A stretch of 64,000 nucleotides of DNA from Malacoraja senta (lineage: Eukaryota). The stretch covers positions 9,302,001-9,366,000 of the forward strand of contig CM075996.1 of NCBI GenBank assembly GCA_038087875.1, given 5' to 3'. The stretch's first letter is position 1. The number at the start of each line of letters is the position of its first letter. Under the pieces are notes generated by a model. The model was not told the DNA's origin, searched no databases, and saw only the letters and a list, made by a program, of their open reading frames with translations. A program made the translations under genes and the position numbers. Below, one piece after another: positions 25,220 to 62,357 of this stretch.

Positions 25220-28200
25220 GACTTCCGGTGGTGCCATGTTTAACTGAACAGGCACAGCATTTAGCTCCGTTCCTGAAAATTGCGAATTCTCGCTTTAAAA
25301 ATCGATTGGGAAGTTGGAACCGAGTGTATAAACTTACAAGAGCTGCTTGTCATGGTGCTGATGATGTCATCAGAAATCGCCGCGAAAATAACAGAGGTTT
25401 AAGGTATTTTTAAATGATAAGAACGACTCCCTGTCAGAGCCCTCAGAGATCTGTCTCCAAGCAACTTCTGAAAAAACAGTCACCACCTGAAAAAATTCAA
25501 GAACCTGAAGAAGTAATTGCTGAACTAGCCTTGAAAATGACTACAAGATCAAAGGCTGAAACGGCTGAAAAAGTTTTAAAGGATAAAGAGCTTGAGGACA
25601 TTAAGATATCGGTGAGTGACTTAAAAAGTAAAGTTTTGGCATGTAATAAAAGTATGATGGAGAGCATGATGAAGAACATGAACACTGGGAATCAGAAAGT
25701 AATTGATTCAATCGGCAATATAAATAAACGAATTGACGATGTGCATGGTGAATTATCTTTGAAAATTGATAAGGTGGAAGAAGATTGTACTAATAAGCTG
25801 GATGCTGTCCACCAAACTGTTACAACATGTTGTACTACCATGAAAGATATGGAAATAGCAATGTTACAAATGGCTGAAGAAATGCAGAAATTTAAGAAGG
25901 ATTATGTATGTGTCGTGGGTCAGCTGGCTAAAACGTCGGATAAATGCCTTGATTTGGAAGCACGGTCAAGACGGCAGAATTTAAGAATAGTTGGAGTGAC
26001 AGAAGGAGCGGAGGGGAATGAGCCCCGAGAGTACACTGCCAACTTACTTAAACATATACTTGACCACCAGCTAAACCGAAAATAGAAGTGGCACACCGGG
26101 TGAAACGGGCAAAATCAAGGGCACAAACAGGAGGAGCTCCCCCACAACAGATCATTATGAAATTTCGAGACATTTCAGCTTTGGAAGAGGCCATGAGAAA
26201 AATTCAATATGGAAAGATTATGAAGTTTGGGACGGACTCTATCAAACTTTTTAGAGACTATCCTTATGAAATTGCTAAAAAACGAGAAGTGTTTAAAAAT
26301 ACACAACAGATCTTGAAAGGGCACAGGGAAATCAGATATGGAATAATTTATCCAGTTAAGATGATCATTACTTATAATGGTACCGAACGTAAGTTTAATG
26401 ATCCAGAAGCTGCTTACAAATACGCTCAAGACATCTTAAAAGAAATAGATGCTTAAGTAAAACATCACATCCTCAAGACAAGGTTTTTATTCTACAGACA
26501 ACGGCTGAGGGAAGGTCGATAGAAATAACTTTTTAAACTTTTAAAAAGGATTAAGATGGCACAGCTTCTCCATGTGCGGCTGTCTAGACACTCTTATCTC
26601 CTCAAGGTCATTTTCGGCTCCAACATGAGCGAAAGATGGAATAACAAGGGCGTGGCTGGATGAGGAACCTAACGAAGACGTATTGGAAAAGAAAAATTCC
26701 TGAATGAAAGACTTAAAATTTTATCCCTACACTAATTCCATACTAACACAAAAACTATTGAACTAATATAGTAATAGTAATTAAAGTTATTGAAATTAAC
26801 ACACTAACAGTAATAGTAATTGTTTTAAAATTGAATTGCTTAATTGATAAAATGTAATAATCCATTATAAGGATTGACCCCCCCCCCCCCCCCGGGTAGG
26901 GGAGGAGGGGGGCTAAATATAAGGAAATAGATTTACAACAGACTAAAAATTTAATTTAGAAATTATGATAGGCTGCAGTTCAAATTTTGAGTGGAAGGAG
27001 GTGAGGAGATTCAGAATCTTGGCAAACAGCCAGGTGCCTGAATCGGGTTAACCCCTTCCAGCCAAAGGCAGGGGAAGAAAATGTAATAATTGTTAACATA
27101 AGTAAATGGTAGATAAGTTTGGAGATTAGAGAAGATTTATTTAGATATATAGATATGGTAGATACGGTAAGGCTGACACATAAAATCTGGCTTTGAATAG
27201 GTCCCAACTCCATTTTGTAAGATTATTCAAGGGGACGGAGCTAAATGTAGATTAACAACTACGGAAGTCATTAATTGTGTACCACCATTAGGTGGATAAT
27301 TGGTTACAGTGTCGTCATTTTTAGACACTGTAACCTCACTTTTTTGATTTTTTTTTAAATCACAATAATGTACACTTTTTTGTTTCTTTGCTTAAGGACA
27401 ATTTTGAGAGGGATGTAATAACTGAATTTAATATTGCAAATGCTCGCCCAACAGCCAGAGACCTAAGGTATGGGTTGCACCACATGTTTAAAAGGTATTA
27501 AATAATTCAAAATGCAAGACGATAAACAAAAGAAATTTGGAGGAATCACATTCTGCAGTTGGAATATTAGGGGTGCTAATGAACCAATTAAAAGGGGTAA
27601 GATTTTTGCACAATTGAAGTCACTCAATACGGACATAATATTTCTACAAGAAACTCACTTGAAACTGCAAGCTCAAGCCAGATTGAAGGCAAACTGGAGA
27701 GGCCAAACATACCAACCTTCATATATTTCCAAATCCAGAGGCACAGCAATTATTATTCGAAAAGGTATACCATTTAAATCGAAGAATATCATAATAGATA
27801 AGGAAGGGAGATACCTTATAGTTACCGGAGAGATTCATGCTACCCCAATTACCTTGGTAAATATTTATGCGCCTAATTTTGATAATCCTCAATTTTTTAA
27901 TAAAATCTTGAATATAATTACAGAGTTCAATTATCAAAATGTGATAACTGGGGGAGATTTTAACTGTGTTTTAGATCCATATTTGGATAAATCTTCACAA
28001 CAGAGCAGGGGCAATACAAAATCTAAAACCAGGGAAATCTTAAATACTTACATAAAAAATACAAATATAACAGACGTTTGGAGGATCGCTAACCCTGTCG
28101 GAAGGGAATACTCGTTTTATTCAATGGTACATAAAACTTATTCACGTATCGACTATTTTTTAGTGGATACAAAACTAATTCCCTATATATTGAATCCAAA

Positions 28201-31200
28201 ATATCACAATAGAATAATTTCTGATCACTCCCCGTTAACTTTTTTTTTTAAATTAGAAGGAATGCCTTCTAATAAATCGTTTTGGAGGTTTAATCCTCAA
28301 ATCTTAAATGACCCACAAGGGGAAATATATTTAAAACAACAGATGGAACTTTTTTTAAAGAATAATGACACCCCAGAGACCTCACCAGTTCTACTATGGG
28401 AATCATTCAAAGCAGTTATTAGAGGATCTATAATCTCATACCAAGCTTTTCTAAATAAAAGGAATAAGAAAGAACAAAGGCAGTTAGAAGAACGAATTAG
28501 AGAATTGGAATTAGATAATGCTAAAGAGCCTACTATAGATAAACATAATAAAATGACAATAATGAAATTTAAATTAAACAAAATATTATCAGCAAATGTT
28601 ATTAGATTATTTCAAATTACAAAATAGGAAAATTTTGAATTTGGGGATAAACCACACAAACGTCTGGCTCGACAACTGAAAAAACGGGAAAAGGATCACA
28701 CGATTTTAAAGATTAAATCAGATAAAGGGGAATTGTTAACACTACCTAAGGATATTAATAAAATATTCGCTCAATTTTATCAAAACTTATATACATCTAA
28801 AGCGGTAGCAGATAGTACCAAAGTTAGAGAGTTTCTGGATAATTGTAATCTCCCAAAACTCAATTTGAGTGAACAAGTCTCAACTAAGGAAATAGAAGAA
28901 ACAATAAATACATTAAAGAATGGAAAAACACCAGGACCAGATGGTTTTAGTAATGAATTTTATAAAAGATTTTACGAGATAATTACACCACGACTACACA
29001 AAATGTATACATATGCTTTTAAAGAACATACACTTCCAGAAACATTAGCGTAATCAACGATTACACTTATACCTAAAAAAGGTAAAGATTTAGAAGACCC
29101 GGGTTCTTATAGAGCTATTGCGCTGTTAAATACAGATAAAAAAATATTAGCGAAAACATTAGCTAGAAGATTAAGTAACTATGTTAGTAAATTAATAAAT
29201 CCGGATCAAACAGAGTTTATACCCAAGAGATACTCAAGCAATAACCTGAAACGTCTGTTTAATATAATGCACTCACATACACACGGTGTGTGCTCGCAGA
29301 AATTTGTGTTGTATGACTGCTTATCAGTACATTGTCCTGTTTGTATGTTGAGCCACGCCAAAGAAGATTTTCTGTTACGACAGACAATAAAGTTTTCTGA
29401 ATCTGAATCTGAAACCGAAGAACAAGACTTATCAATTATTTCACTGGACGCAGAAAAAGCATTTGATCAAGTGGAATGGGATTATATGGTTAAAGTATTG
29501 CAAAAATTTCAAGTGGGAGAGAATTTTATCGCTTGGGAAAAATTATTATATGATAGGCCTACTGCCAGAATATTAACTAATAATATTTGTCCTCGAAATT
29601 TCAGTTATCAAGGGGAAATAGACTGAGTTGTTCATTATCACCTCTGCTATTTGCTCTTGTAATAGAACCGTTAGCGGAAAGTATTAGGATACATCGGAAC
29701 ATTCATGGGTACAATATAAAATACTCAAATAATAAGATATCTTTATATGCTGATGATGTACTACTATATATCACAAAATCACAAATTAGTATACCAAATA
29801 TATTAAATTTAGTAGAGGAATTTGGATTCTTTTCAGGATATAGAATAAATTGGAATAAAAGTGAAATTATGACGATTAAACCTCAAGAACCGACACACCT
29901 GTTAAAATTCCCTTTTAAAATCGCTTCAGAAAAATTTAAATATTTGGGAATTGAAATTACTAGAAAATATAAATCTCTATTTAATGCAAACCCTTACTCA
30001 ATAAACTAAACACACTGATTAAATTCTGGAAAACCCTCCCGATGTCTCTTATAGGCGGAATAAATGCTATAAAAATGATCTTTTTACCACAAATTTTATA
30101 TCTATTCCAGTCAATACCGATATACTTACCCAAATCTTTTTTTTTAAAATTGGATGCTGATATTACAAACTTTATATGGGACTATAAATCCCACAGAATC
30201 CAAAGAAAACATTTGTGTAAACCTAAAGAATCTGGCGGATTATCACTCCCCAATTTTTTATATTATTATTGGGCCACAAATGTCAAAAATATGATTCACC
30301 TGTTGGACAATTCGGCCCAGCAGGTGGAGTGGATAGTAATGGAGAGAGAGGACTGTTCCCCTTTTAATATAGGAGCGATCCTTCTCTCACCAACAAAAAT
30401 GAAGAATACAATATATAGTAAAAATCCAATTATTCATAGTACAATTAGAATTTGGAAACAAATAAAATTAACGTTAAAATTAAGAAATCTATCACTTCTC
30501 TCACCTATAATGAATAACCCTTCGTTTAAACCTTCTATGATAGATAAATCTTTTATAAATTGGGAAAGAGTAGGAAATAAAACGTTTGGAGATATGTATG
30601 ATAATGGAAGTTTTTTAACATTTCACCAATTACAACTTAAATACAACCTGAATAGTAATCAATATTTCAAATATTTTCAAATACGTGACTATTTGAAAAA
30701 GTATACACGAGAATTTCAAAATATGTCTCCTGACCTATTAGATGGGATAATGAATATAAAAACGGAATCAGCTAATTTAATATCATACCTATACAATTCC
30801 ATTTTAAACATAGAAATTCCATCATCGGATGGGATTAGAAGAGAATGGGAACAGGAACTAGCTATAAAAATCTCGAAAGAGAGTTGGGATAAACACCTAT
30901 TATATGTGCATAAATGCTCGATTAACGTAAGACATACTCTGATTCAATTTAAAATTTCACATAGATTATACTATTCAAAAGCTAAATTAAGTAAATTTTA
31001 CCCAAATACCTCTGCTATCTGTGATAAATGCCTAATCCAAGAATCAACTATAGCACATTCTTTTGTTTTTTGTATAAAAACTCAAAAGTTTGGTATGACA
31101 TTTTTGAAATTTTCACTAAATTATTTTAAATAAAACTGAAACCAAATGCAGAATTGATTATTTTTGGAACAATAGAAGCAAGTTTGGAGCTGACTTCGTT

Positions 31201-31751
31201 TCAAAGGAGTTTTCTTAATTATGGCTTAATAACGGCAAAAAAACTGATACTGAAATTTTGGAAAAATGCTCCTACGCCAACAATAAAAATGTGGACTTCT
31301 AATATGTCAGAATTGTTACACCTAGAAGATATGAGATCCCTCCTAGCAGGTAAACAAGACCAATTCCAAAAGATTTGGTCTCCATATGTCGACTTATTAC
31401 AAACATAGGGTGCAACAAAATGTTGATAATAAATGGTTTTAGGACCTGGCGAGGGGTGATTAAAGATAAGAAGTAGGTACATCCCTCTCATAATGTCCAA
31501 TCTTACTTTCTTTTTTCTTTTTCCGCCTTTTGGTTTTTTCTTTTCTTTTTAAACTATTTCTTGTGGTTTAGGTTCATACGGGTGTTCCTGGACCACTCTT
31601 TCATTCACTCACTGACTATCTTTACTAACTCTTTCTATCCTCTTTTCCTATTAAAGTTTAAAATAAGAAGTGGTATAAGAACTGTATAAACTTACGTTAT
31701 TGCAGATTACTGTAATGTAAAATACTTCTAATCATTTAAAAAAAAAAAAAA
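25220..31751 (+). mobile_element. Full-length, decayed L1-clade LINE
   Basis: 5' GACTTCCGG start; ORF1 25414-26456 (DLEARSRRQNLRIVG, one frameshift); ORF2 27512-31408 (SWNIRG, LQETH, GDFN, SDH, YRAIALLN, DAEKAFD, YADD, C-terminal CxxC..H..C) with stops and frameshifts; poly(A) 31738-31751. Confidence 0.93.
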
Positions 31752-31819
31752 TTCAGGGCATGACTCACAGACAGACACGCAGACTCACAAACAAGCAAGG
31801 TGAGAGTTTTAGTAATAGA

Positions 31820-32430
31820 CTAGACCAAGTGGGACCCGTTGGGTCCCTGTCACACGGGAGGCGTGGTCCCCCAACTCAACCCGCATTTTTAAAGCTTTAA
31901 TCATCAATAACTTGTGAAATATAGCATCATCACTGGAAGCTCCTTAAAAAAGGCTCTCTGTGAGAAGCTGCGGTTACCGTTGGCAATGTCCCATTGTGAT
32001 GTAATTGTGGCACTCGGCAGCTTGACAGCCCATTGAAATTGGTGCAATGTGACATCATCACTGGAAGCTGCTGGAAAAAGGCGCTTTGTGAGAAACTGCG
32101 GTTACCGTTGGCAACGTCCCATTGTGATGTCATTTGTAAATGAGATCCATTGTGTTTGGACGTCTGTGAGATGGCATTGTGACACAATCACTGGAAGCTG
32201 CTGGAAAAAGGCTCTCTGTGAGAAGTGTTTTTTGGCTTAAAAAAAAACTTTAATCATGAATAACTTGTGAAATATAGGATGAAATCATAAGTGAACCTGA
32301 GTACGGCGTGGATGGGAAAAATGTGAGTTAGAATATGTAAAAATTTAAGCGCTAGCGCGTGGCGTTTTGAAGAAGATACAAAACATACATGCACACACAC
32401 GCACACAAGATGATACTTTTAGTAGATAGA
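31820..32430 (-). mobile_element. Non-autonomous Helitron
   Basis: Minus strand A|TC start; hairpin GGGACCC-aac-GGGTCCC then CTAG|T end; no TSD. Confidence 0.8.
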
Positions 32431-32479
32431 TGGATGGATGTGCAGTTTTCAGTGTGGCAAAAGTAATGATGGCATTTGC

Positions 32480-33992
32480 TACCACTTTGGTAGCAAAAAC
32501 AGGAAGGCAGATTATTATCTAAATGGTATCAAGTTGGGAAAAGGGGAAGTACAACGGGATCTGTGGGTCATTGTTCATCAGTCAATGAAAGTAAGCATGG
32601 TACAGCAGGCAGTGAAGAAAGCAAATGACATGTTGGCCATAACAAGAGGAGTTGAGTATAGGAGCAAAGAGGTCCTTCTACAGTTGAATAGGGCCCTAGT
32701 GAGACTACACCTGGAGTATTGTGCGCAGGTCCCCTAATTTGAGGAAGGACATTCTTGTTATTGAGGGAGTGCAGCGTATATTTACAAGGTTAATTCCCGG
32801 GATGGCAGGACTGTCATATGCTGAGAGAATGGAGCGGCTGGGCTTGTATACTCTGGAGTTCAGAGTATACCTGGGACCTGGGTGTCATGGTACACCAGTC
32901 ATTGAAAGTAGGCATGCAGGTGCAGCAGGCAGTGAAGAAAGCGAATGGTATGTTAGCATTCATAGCAAAAGGATTTGAGTATAAGAGCTGGGACGTTCTA
33001 CTGCAGTTGTACAGGGTCTTGGTGAGACCACACCTGGAGTATTGCGTACAGTTTTGGTCTCCTAATCTGAGGAAAGATATTCTTGCCATAGAGGGAGTAC
33101 AGAGAAGGTTCACCAGACTGATTCCTGGGATGGCAGGACTTTCATATGAAGAAAGACTGGATAGACTTGGCTTGTACTCGCTAGAATTTAGAAGATTGAG
33201 GGGGGATCTTATAGAAACTTACAAAATTCTTAAGGGGTTGGACAGGCTAGATGCAGGAAGATTATTCCCGATGTTGGGGAAGTCCAGAACAAGGGGTCAC
33301 AGTTTAAGGATAAGGGGGAAGTCTTTTAGGACCGAGATGAGAAAATCATTTTTTACAAAGAGAGTGGTGAATCTGTGGAATTCTCTGCCACAGAAGGTAG
33401 TTGAGGCCAGTTCATTGTCTATATTTAAGAGGGAGTTAGATGTGACCCTTGTGGCTAAAGGGATCAGGGGGTATGATGAGAAGGCAGGTACAGGATACTG
33501 AGTTGGATGATCAGCCATGATCATATTGAATGGCGGTGCAAGCTCGAATGGCCGAATGGCCTACTCCTGTACCCATTTTCTATGTTTCTATGTTTCTAGA
33601 AGGTGAGACGGGATCTAATTGAAACATATAAGATTATTAAGGGTTTGGACACGCTAGAGGCAGGAAACATGTTCCCGATGTTGGGGGAGTCCAGAACCAG
33701 GGTCCACTGTTTAAGAATAAGGGGTAAGCCATTTAGAACGGAGATGAGGAAGAGTTCATACGAAGAGTTGTGAGTGTGGAATTCTCTGCCTCAGAGAGCG
33801 GCGGAGGCCTGTTCTCTGTATACTTTCAAGGGAGAGCTAGATAGGGCTCTTAATGATAGCGGAGTCAGGGGTTATGGGAAGAAGGCAGGAACGGGGTACT
33901 GCTTGGGGATGGGGATGATCAGCCATGATCACATTAAATGGCGGTGCTGGCTTGAAGGGCCGAATGGCCTACTCCAGCACCTATTGTCTATT
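32480..33992 (+). mobile_element. Nested CR1 fragments: a younger subfamily (about 32873-33597) inside an older copy
   Basis: RT C-terminal ORFs repeated; the older copy resumes after the inner 3' tail. Confidence 0.85.
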
Positions 33993-35534
33993 GACAGCTA
34001 TCATGTTTTGCCTTTGAAATTTGAACATGAAAGTTTTTCCTGTTCCACCAGAAGTATCCAAAAATATATATGATTTCTTGTTCATTGTAAACAACCTCTG
34101 TAATAGTGCCTAAGGAATTTATTTTGTATCTCTCAGGTCTAACTGGTTTAAATTATGGCTGGTCTCCCACATATTTTAGTGTCTCTGTGTGGCGGCAGAG
34201 GGCAGCACAGTGGTGGAGCGGTAGAGTTGCTGCCACAACACTGGCGACCCGGGTTCGATCCTGACTGTAAGGAGATTATATGTTCTCCCTGTGACCGCGT
34301 GGGTTTTCTCTGGGTGCTCCAGTTTAAGCAGATCACTGGTTGGCCCGGACTTGGCGTGCCGAAGGCCCTGTTTTTTTTTGTACTGTTTCTCTAAAGTCAA
34401 AAGTGTGGTTGAGGTAGATCAGAAGTACTCAAAACAGGTCCATCCAAGTATTTAGTATCCCCCAAATAAATCTGAATAAATCTCAATCATTTTCAATGGG
34501 GACAATTAAAACTAGGTCCACTTTGGGTAATGAAAAGCTTACTATTGGGGAGGGGGGCAGTGAAGTACACATCTTCGAACTAAACCTAAGTTGCATATAA
34601 AATTTCAGATTTCCAGGGTTTCTTTTTCATTTTTTTGATTTTCATTTCCTTCCCTCTGTACCTGGTTCTGGTGTTCTAACTTTCTCCCATATTTAAAGAT
34701 TTGAATTTTCTCCAGTTACCCGGGCTCTGAAGGTTTTGGTTGGTTTATTATTGTCACGTGTACCAAGATGCAATAACAAAGCTTTGCGTGCTATCCAGTT
34801 ATATCACAACATAATCATAAGTCCATAAGTGATAGGAATAGAATTAGGCATTCGGCCCATCAAGTCTACTCCGCCATTCAATCATGGTGAATCTATCTCT
34901 CCTTCCTATAGTACAGTCAAGCCATACATATGTAGAAGAGATAGTGCCAAGAGAAAAATACTAGACTACAGAATATAGGTGTTACAGCATTATAGTGTTC
35001 CAGTTACAGAGATAGTTCAGATATATAAAAATGTCCAAGAGCTGCAATGCAGTTTGGAAGATCAGGATTACACGCCACTTTAGAGAAGGACCATTCAGAA
35101 GTCTGATACAGAAGGGAAGACATTGTTCCTGAGTATGGTGGTACCTTTCAAGCTTTTGTATTGTCTGCCCAACAGGAGGGGAAAAGAGGGAATTACTGGT
35201 TTGAAAATGTCCTTGATTATGCTGGCTGCTTTCTTGAGGCAACGTAGTGTAGGTGGAGTTGATGTGGGGGACACTGGTTTATGTGACGGACTGGAATACA
35301 TTCACAGCTCTCAAAGGTTTGGCCTTTGCCCCCATTACTGGGCTCTACGGGTTTGACCTTTACCATATCCCTGAGTTCTAGGGGTTTGACCTTTCCTTTA
35401 TATGCAGATTCTATGGAGGATTGCTTTCTCCTATACTGGGCCTCTGCAGGTTTGACCTTTCTCCTATCCCGGGTTCGGTCACTTCCTACCTGGGCCCTGG
35501 GGGTTCAGTCACTATTATTGTTTGCTTGTTTTTG

Positions 35535-35640
35535 TATGTGTGTGTATGTACATATATATATATATGTGTGTGTGTGTATGTACATATATATATATATATA
35601 TGTGTGTGTGTGTATGTGTATATATATATATATATATTTA
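35535..35640. repeat. Compound (TA)n/(TG)n microsatellite
   Basis: Read directly. Confidence 0.9.
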
Positions 35641-36709
35641 TAGACAAAAAATGCTGGAGTAACTCAGCGGGACAGGCAGCATCTCTGGAGAGAAGGAATG
35701 GTAGAAATTTCATTGTTCTGTCTGGGACATGTGACAATAAAACACTGTTAACTCTTCGGTACACAAAAATGCTGGAGAAACTCAGCGGGTGCAGCAGCAT
35801 CTATGGAGCGAAGGAAATAGGTAACGTTTCGGGCCGAAACCCTTCAGACTGTTAACTCTTCCCCCTGTACCTGGGCTCTGGGGGTTCAGTCCCAAACATT
35901 ATGGTGCCCTGAAATGGGGGGGACTATGTATAAACACATCTGGAATTTCTACATGGTGAAACCAAAATGTTTAAAAATGGCCTTTATTAAAATCTGACAA
36001 TGTGCACTTTAACCACATGCGATTATTTAAATATTACATGTCTCTAATTGTGGAGTACAGAGGCAAATAAATAAATGATGGGTCTTTGTCCCAAACATTA
36101 TGGAGGGCACTGTACACATATATATATATACATACATACATACTCACACACGTAAGAATTTCAAGAGCTAGTGTTTTATTCTCAGATTGAACAATGAAAT
36201 TCTTATTTGCTGCAGCACAACAGAATATGAAAACATAGTACTCTGTAAATATATAATAAAGGAGAAAATGTTCAGTGTGTTCACATACATACAATGTTAA
36301 CATACATACTTATATAATTGTTATATATACATCATTGTTCTGTCTGGGACATGTGACAATAAAACACACTTGAGTCTTCCTCCAGTACCCGGGCTCTAGA
36401 GTTCGGTCACTATTTATTACGTCTGAGGAAGGGTCACCCATTCCTTCTCTCCAGAGATGCGGCCTTTCCCGCTGAGTTACTCCAGGATTTTGTGTCTACC
36501 TTCCATTTAAACCAACATCTGCAGTTCCTTCCTGCACGTTTATTATTGCTCGCTTGTTTTCTGTGTGTGCGTATATATAAAGACGCTGAACCCGTTTTTC
36601 TTGCTAATTAAATGGTTTACAGAGTACTATGTTTACATATTGTGTTGTGTTGCTGCAAGGAGGAATTTCATTGTTCAGTCCTGGGACATTTAACAATAAA
36701 ACTTGTTGT

Positions 36710-36832
36710 CTGAAGAAGGGTTTCGGCCCGAAACGTTGCCTGTTTCCTTCGCTCCATAGATGCTGCTGCACCCGCTGAGTTTCTCCAGCATTTTTGTCTA
36801 CCTTCGATTTTCCAGCATCTGCAGTTCCTTCT
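36710..36832 (+). mobile_element. Penelope pseudo-LTR-derived repeat with an intact hammerhead core (36710-36737)
   Basis: CTGAAGAAGGGTTTCGGCCCGAAACGTT followed by the family body. Confidence 0.75.
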
Positions 36833-37088
36833 TTAACAATAAAACTTGACTTCCCCCCCCCGTACCCGGGCTCCCCTCCCCCTCCCCCTCCCCCTCCCCC
36901 CCTTCGGCACGCACTGATTGGCGGAGCGGCGGCGGGCGGGCCCCGGAGTGACGTCACTGTTGCCGGGTGGAGCAGAGCCACCCACCCACCCACCCACCCA
37001 CCGACGGACGGACGGAGGAGACGAGACGACACGAGCGCTGCGCCTTCATTGTCCCCCTCAGCCCGAGAACAAAAAAAAACAAAGCAAC

Positions 37089-61283
<24,195 letters not shown>

Positions 61284-62268
61284 ACTTGCTTTTCTAAAAT
61301 TGACCTTTTTCCCCTGTTTATAAAGATCTAGACATCAATTCCATTTTCTACTGAACAGTAAAACTTTAAAAATAGGATAATTATATAGTTGCATCCACTT
61401 TGACTTTGTATCACAAAAGGTGTGCTGGACTAGCAAACCTTGTGACACTGATCCACCCGTCAGAAGTTTACCGAAGTCCACCATAATCTTACAGATAATG
61501 TGGTCCGCAAATCATGGTACAGCGCCAGCCTGCTGCCCACTCTGTGAATTGGTGATGGATCAGTGGATGGCTGCTTGACCCCTCTGAGCCTAGTGAGTGA
61601 ACAAGCTCCTTGGTGCTCTGGGTTCAAGCATTCTCCAGGATTTTTTTTTAAACCATCTTATCTTTTAAAAAAAAAGGTAGGTTTTGTCTCTCTGTTCATA
61701 AGGCATAATTCTATCAGCATGTTAATTATTCCTGTTATTCAGACAAGCGTGAGGTTCAGACTTAGCCCTTATTCTCATTGCGACAACAGAAATTTCAAAT
61801 GAAAATAAGATTATTGTTCTAGTGTGACAAGAGAAAACATAATATTTTTTCAGTTTTTGTCTAATCCATTAAAAAAATTCACGGTGCCACTTTCATTTTG
61901 GGTCTCTTACATTGGAAATAGTTCATTATATTTACATTCTATAATAGCTGCTCTTGTCACCTGTAGAAAAACTAAAATTCACAAAAACGTATTTGGGGTT
62001 CAATATTTGTACATTTTACAAAGCATTATCAAGAGTAATGGCACCTAGGCTGTAAAATTGTCCAAATGTGTTGGGGTAGGGAAAGCTAGAAGTCAGGGGG
62101 GGATAGTGTTGACCTGAGGTTATCGCTCCCAGTTTGATTTAGTTGAAATAAGAAATGATGCTGTCAGTTAATGCCAGGTAGATGCCCAATCTGGCTCCAG
62201 AGTATTTTCGTGAGTTTACCATTTGTGTTGTACAATAGCAGCCAATGGAGAAATGGAAATAGCAACTC

Positions 62269-62357
62269 AATAAAAAGAATCAAAATAAGATTCCAAAAGG
62301 TGACAATTAACTCCACCCTCCCAGTCCCCAAACAACCCTGCCTGATGTCTGAATAAA
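62269..62357 (+). terminator. Candidate DDX17 polyadenylation signals (AATAAA at 62269 and 62352)
   Basis: Hexamers about 1 kb after the stop, in repeat-free sequence; the 3' UTR may be longer. Confidence 0.3.
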
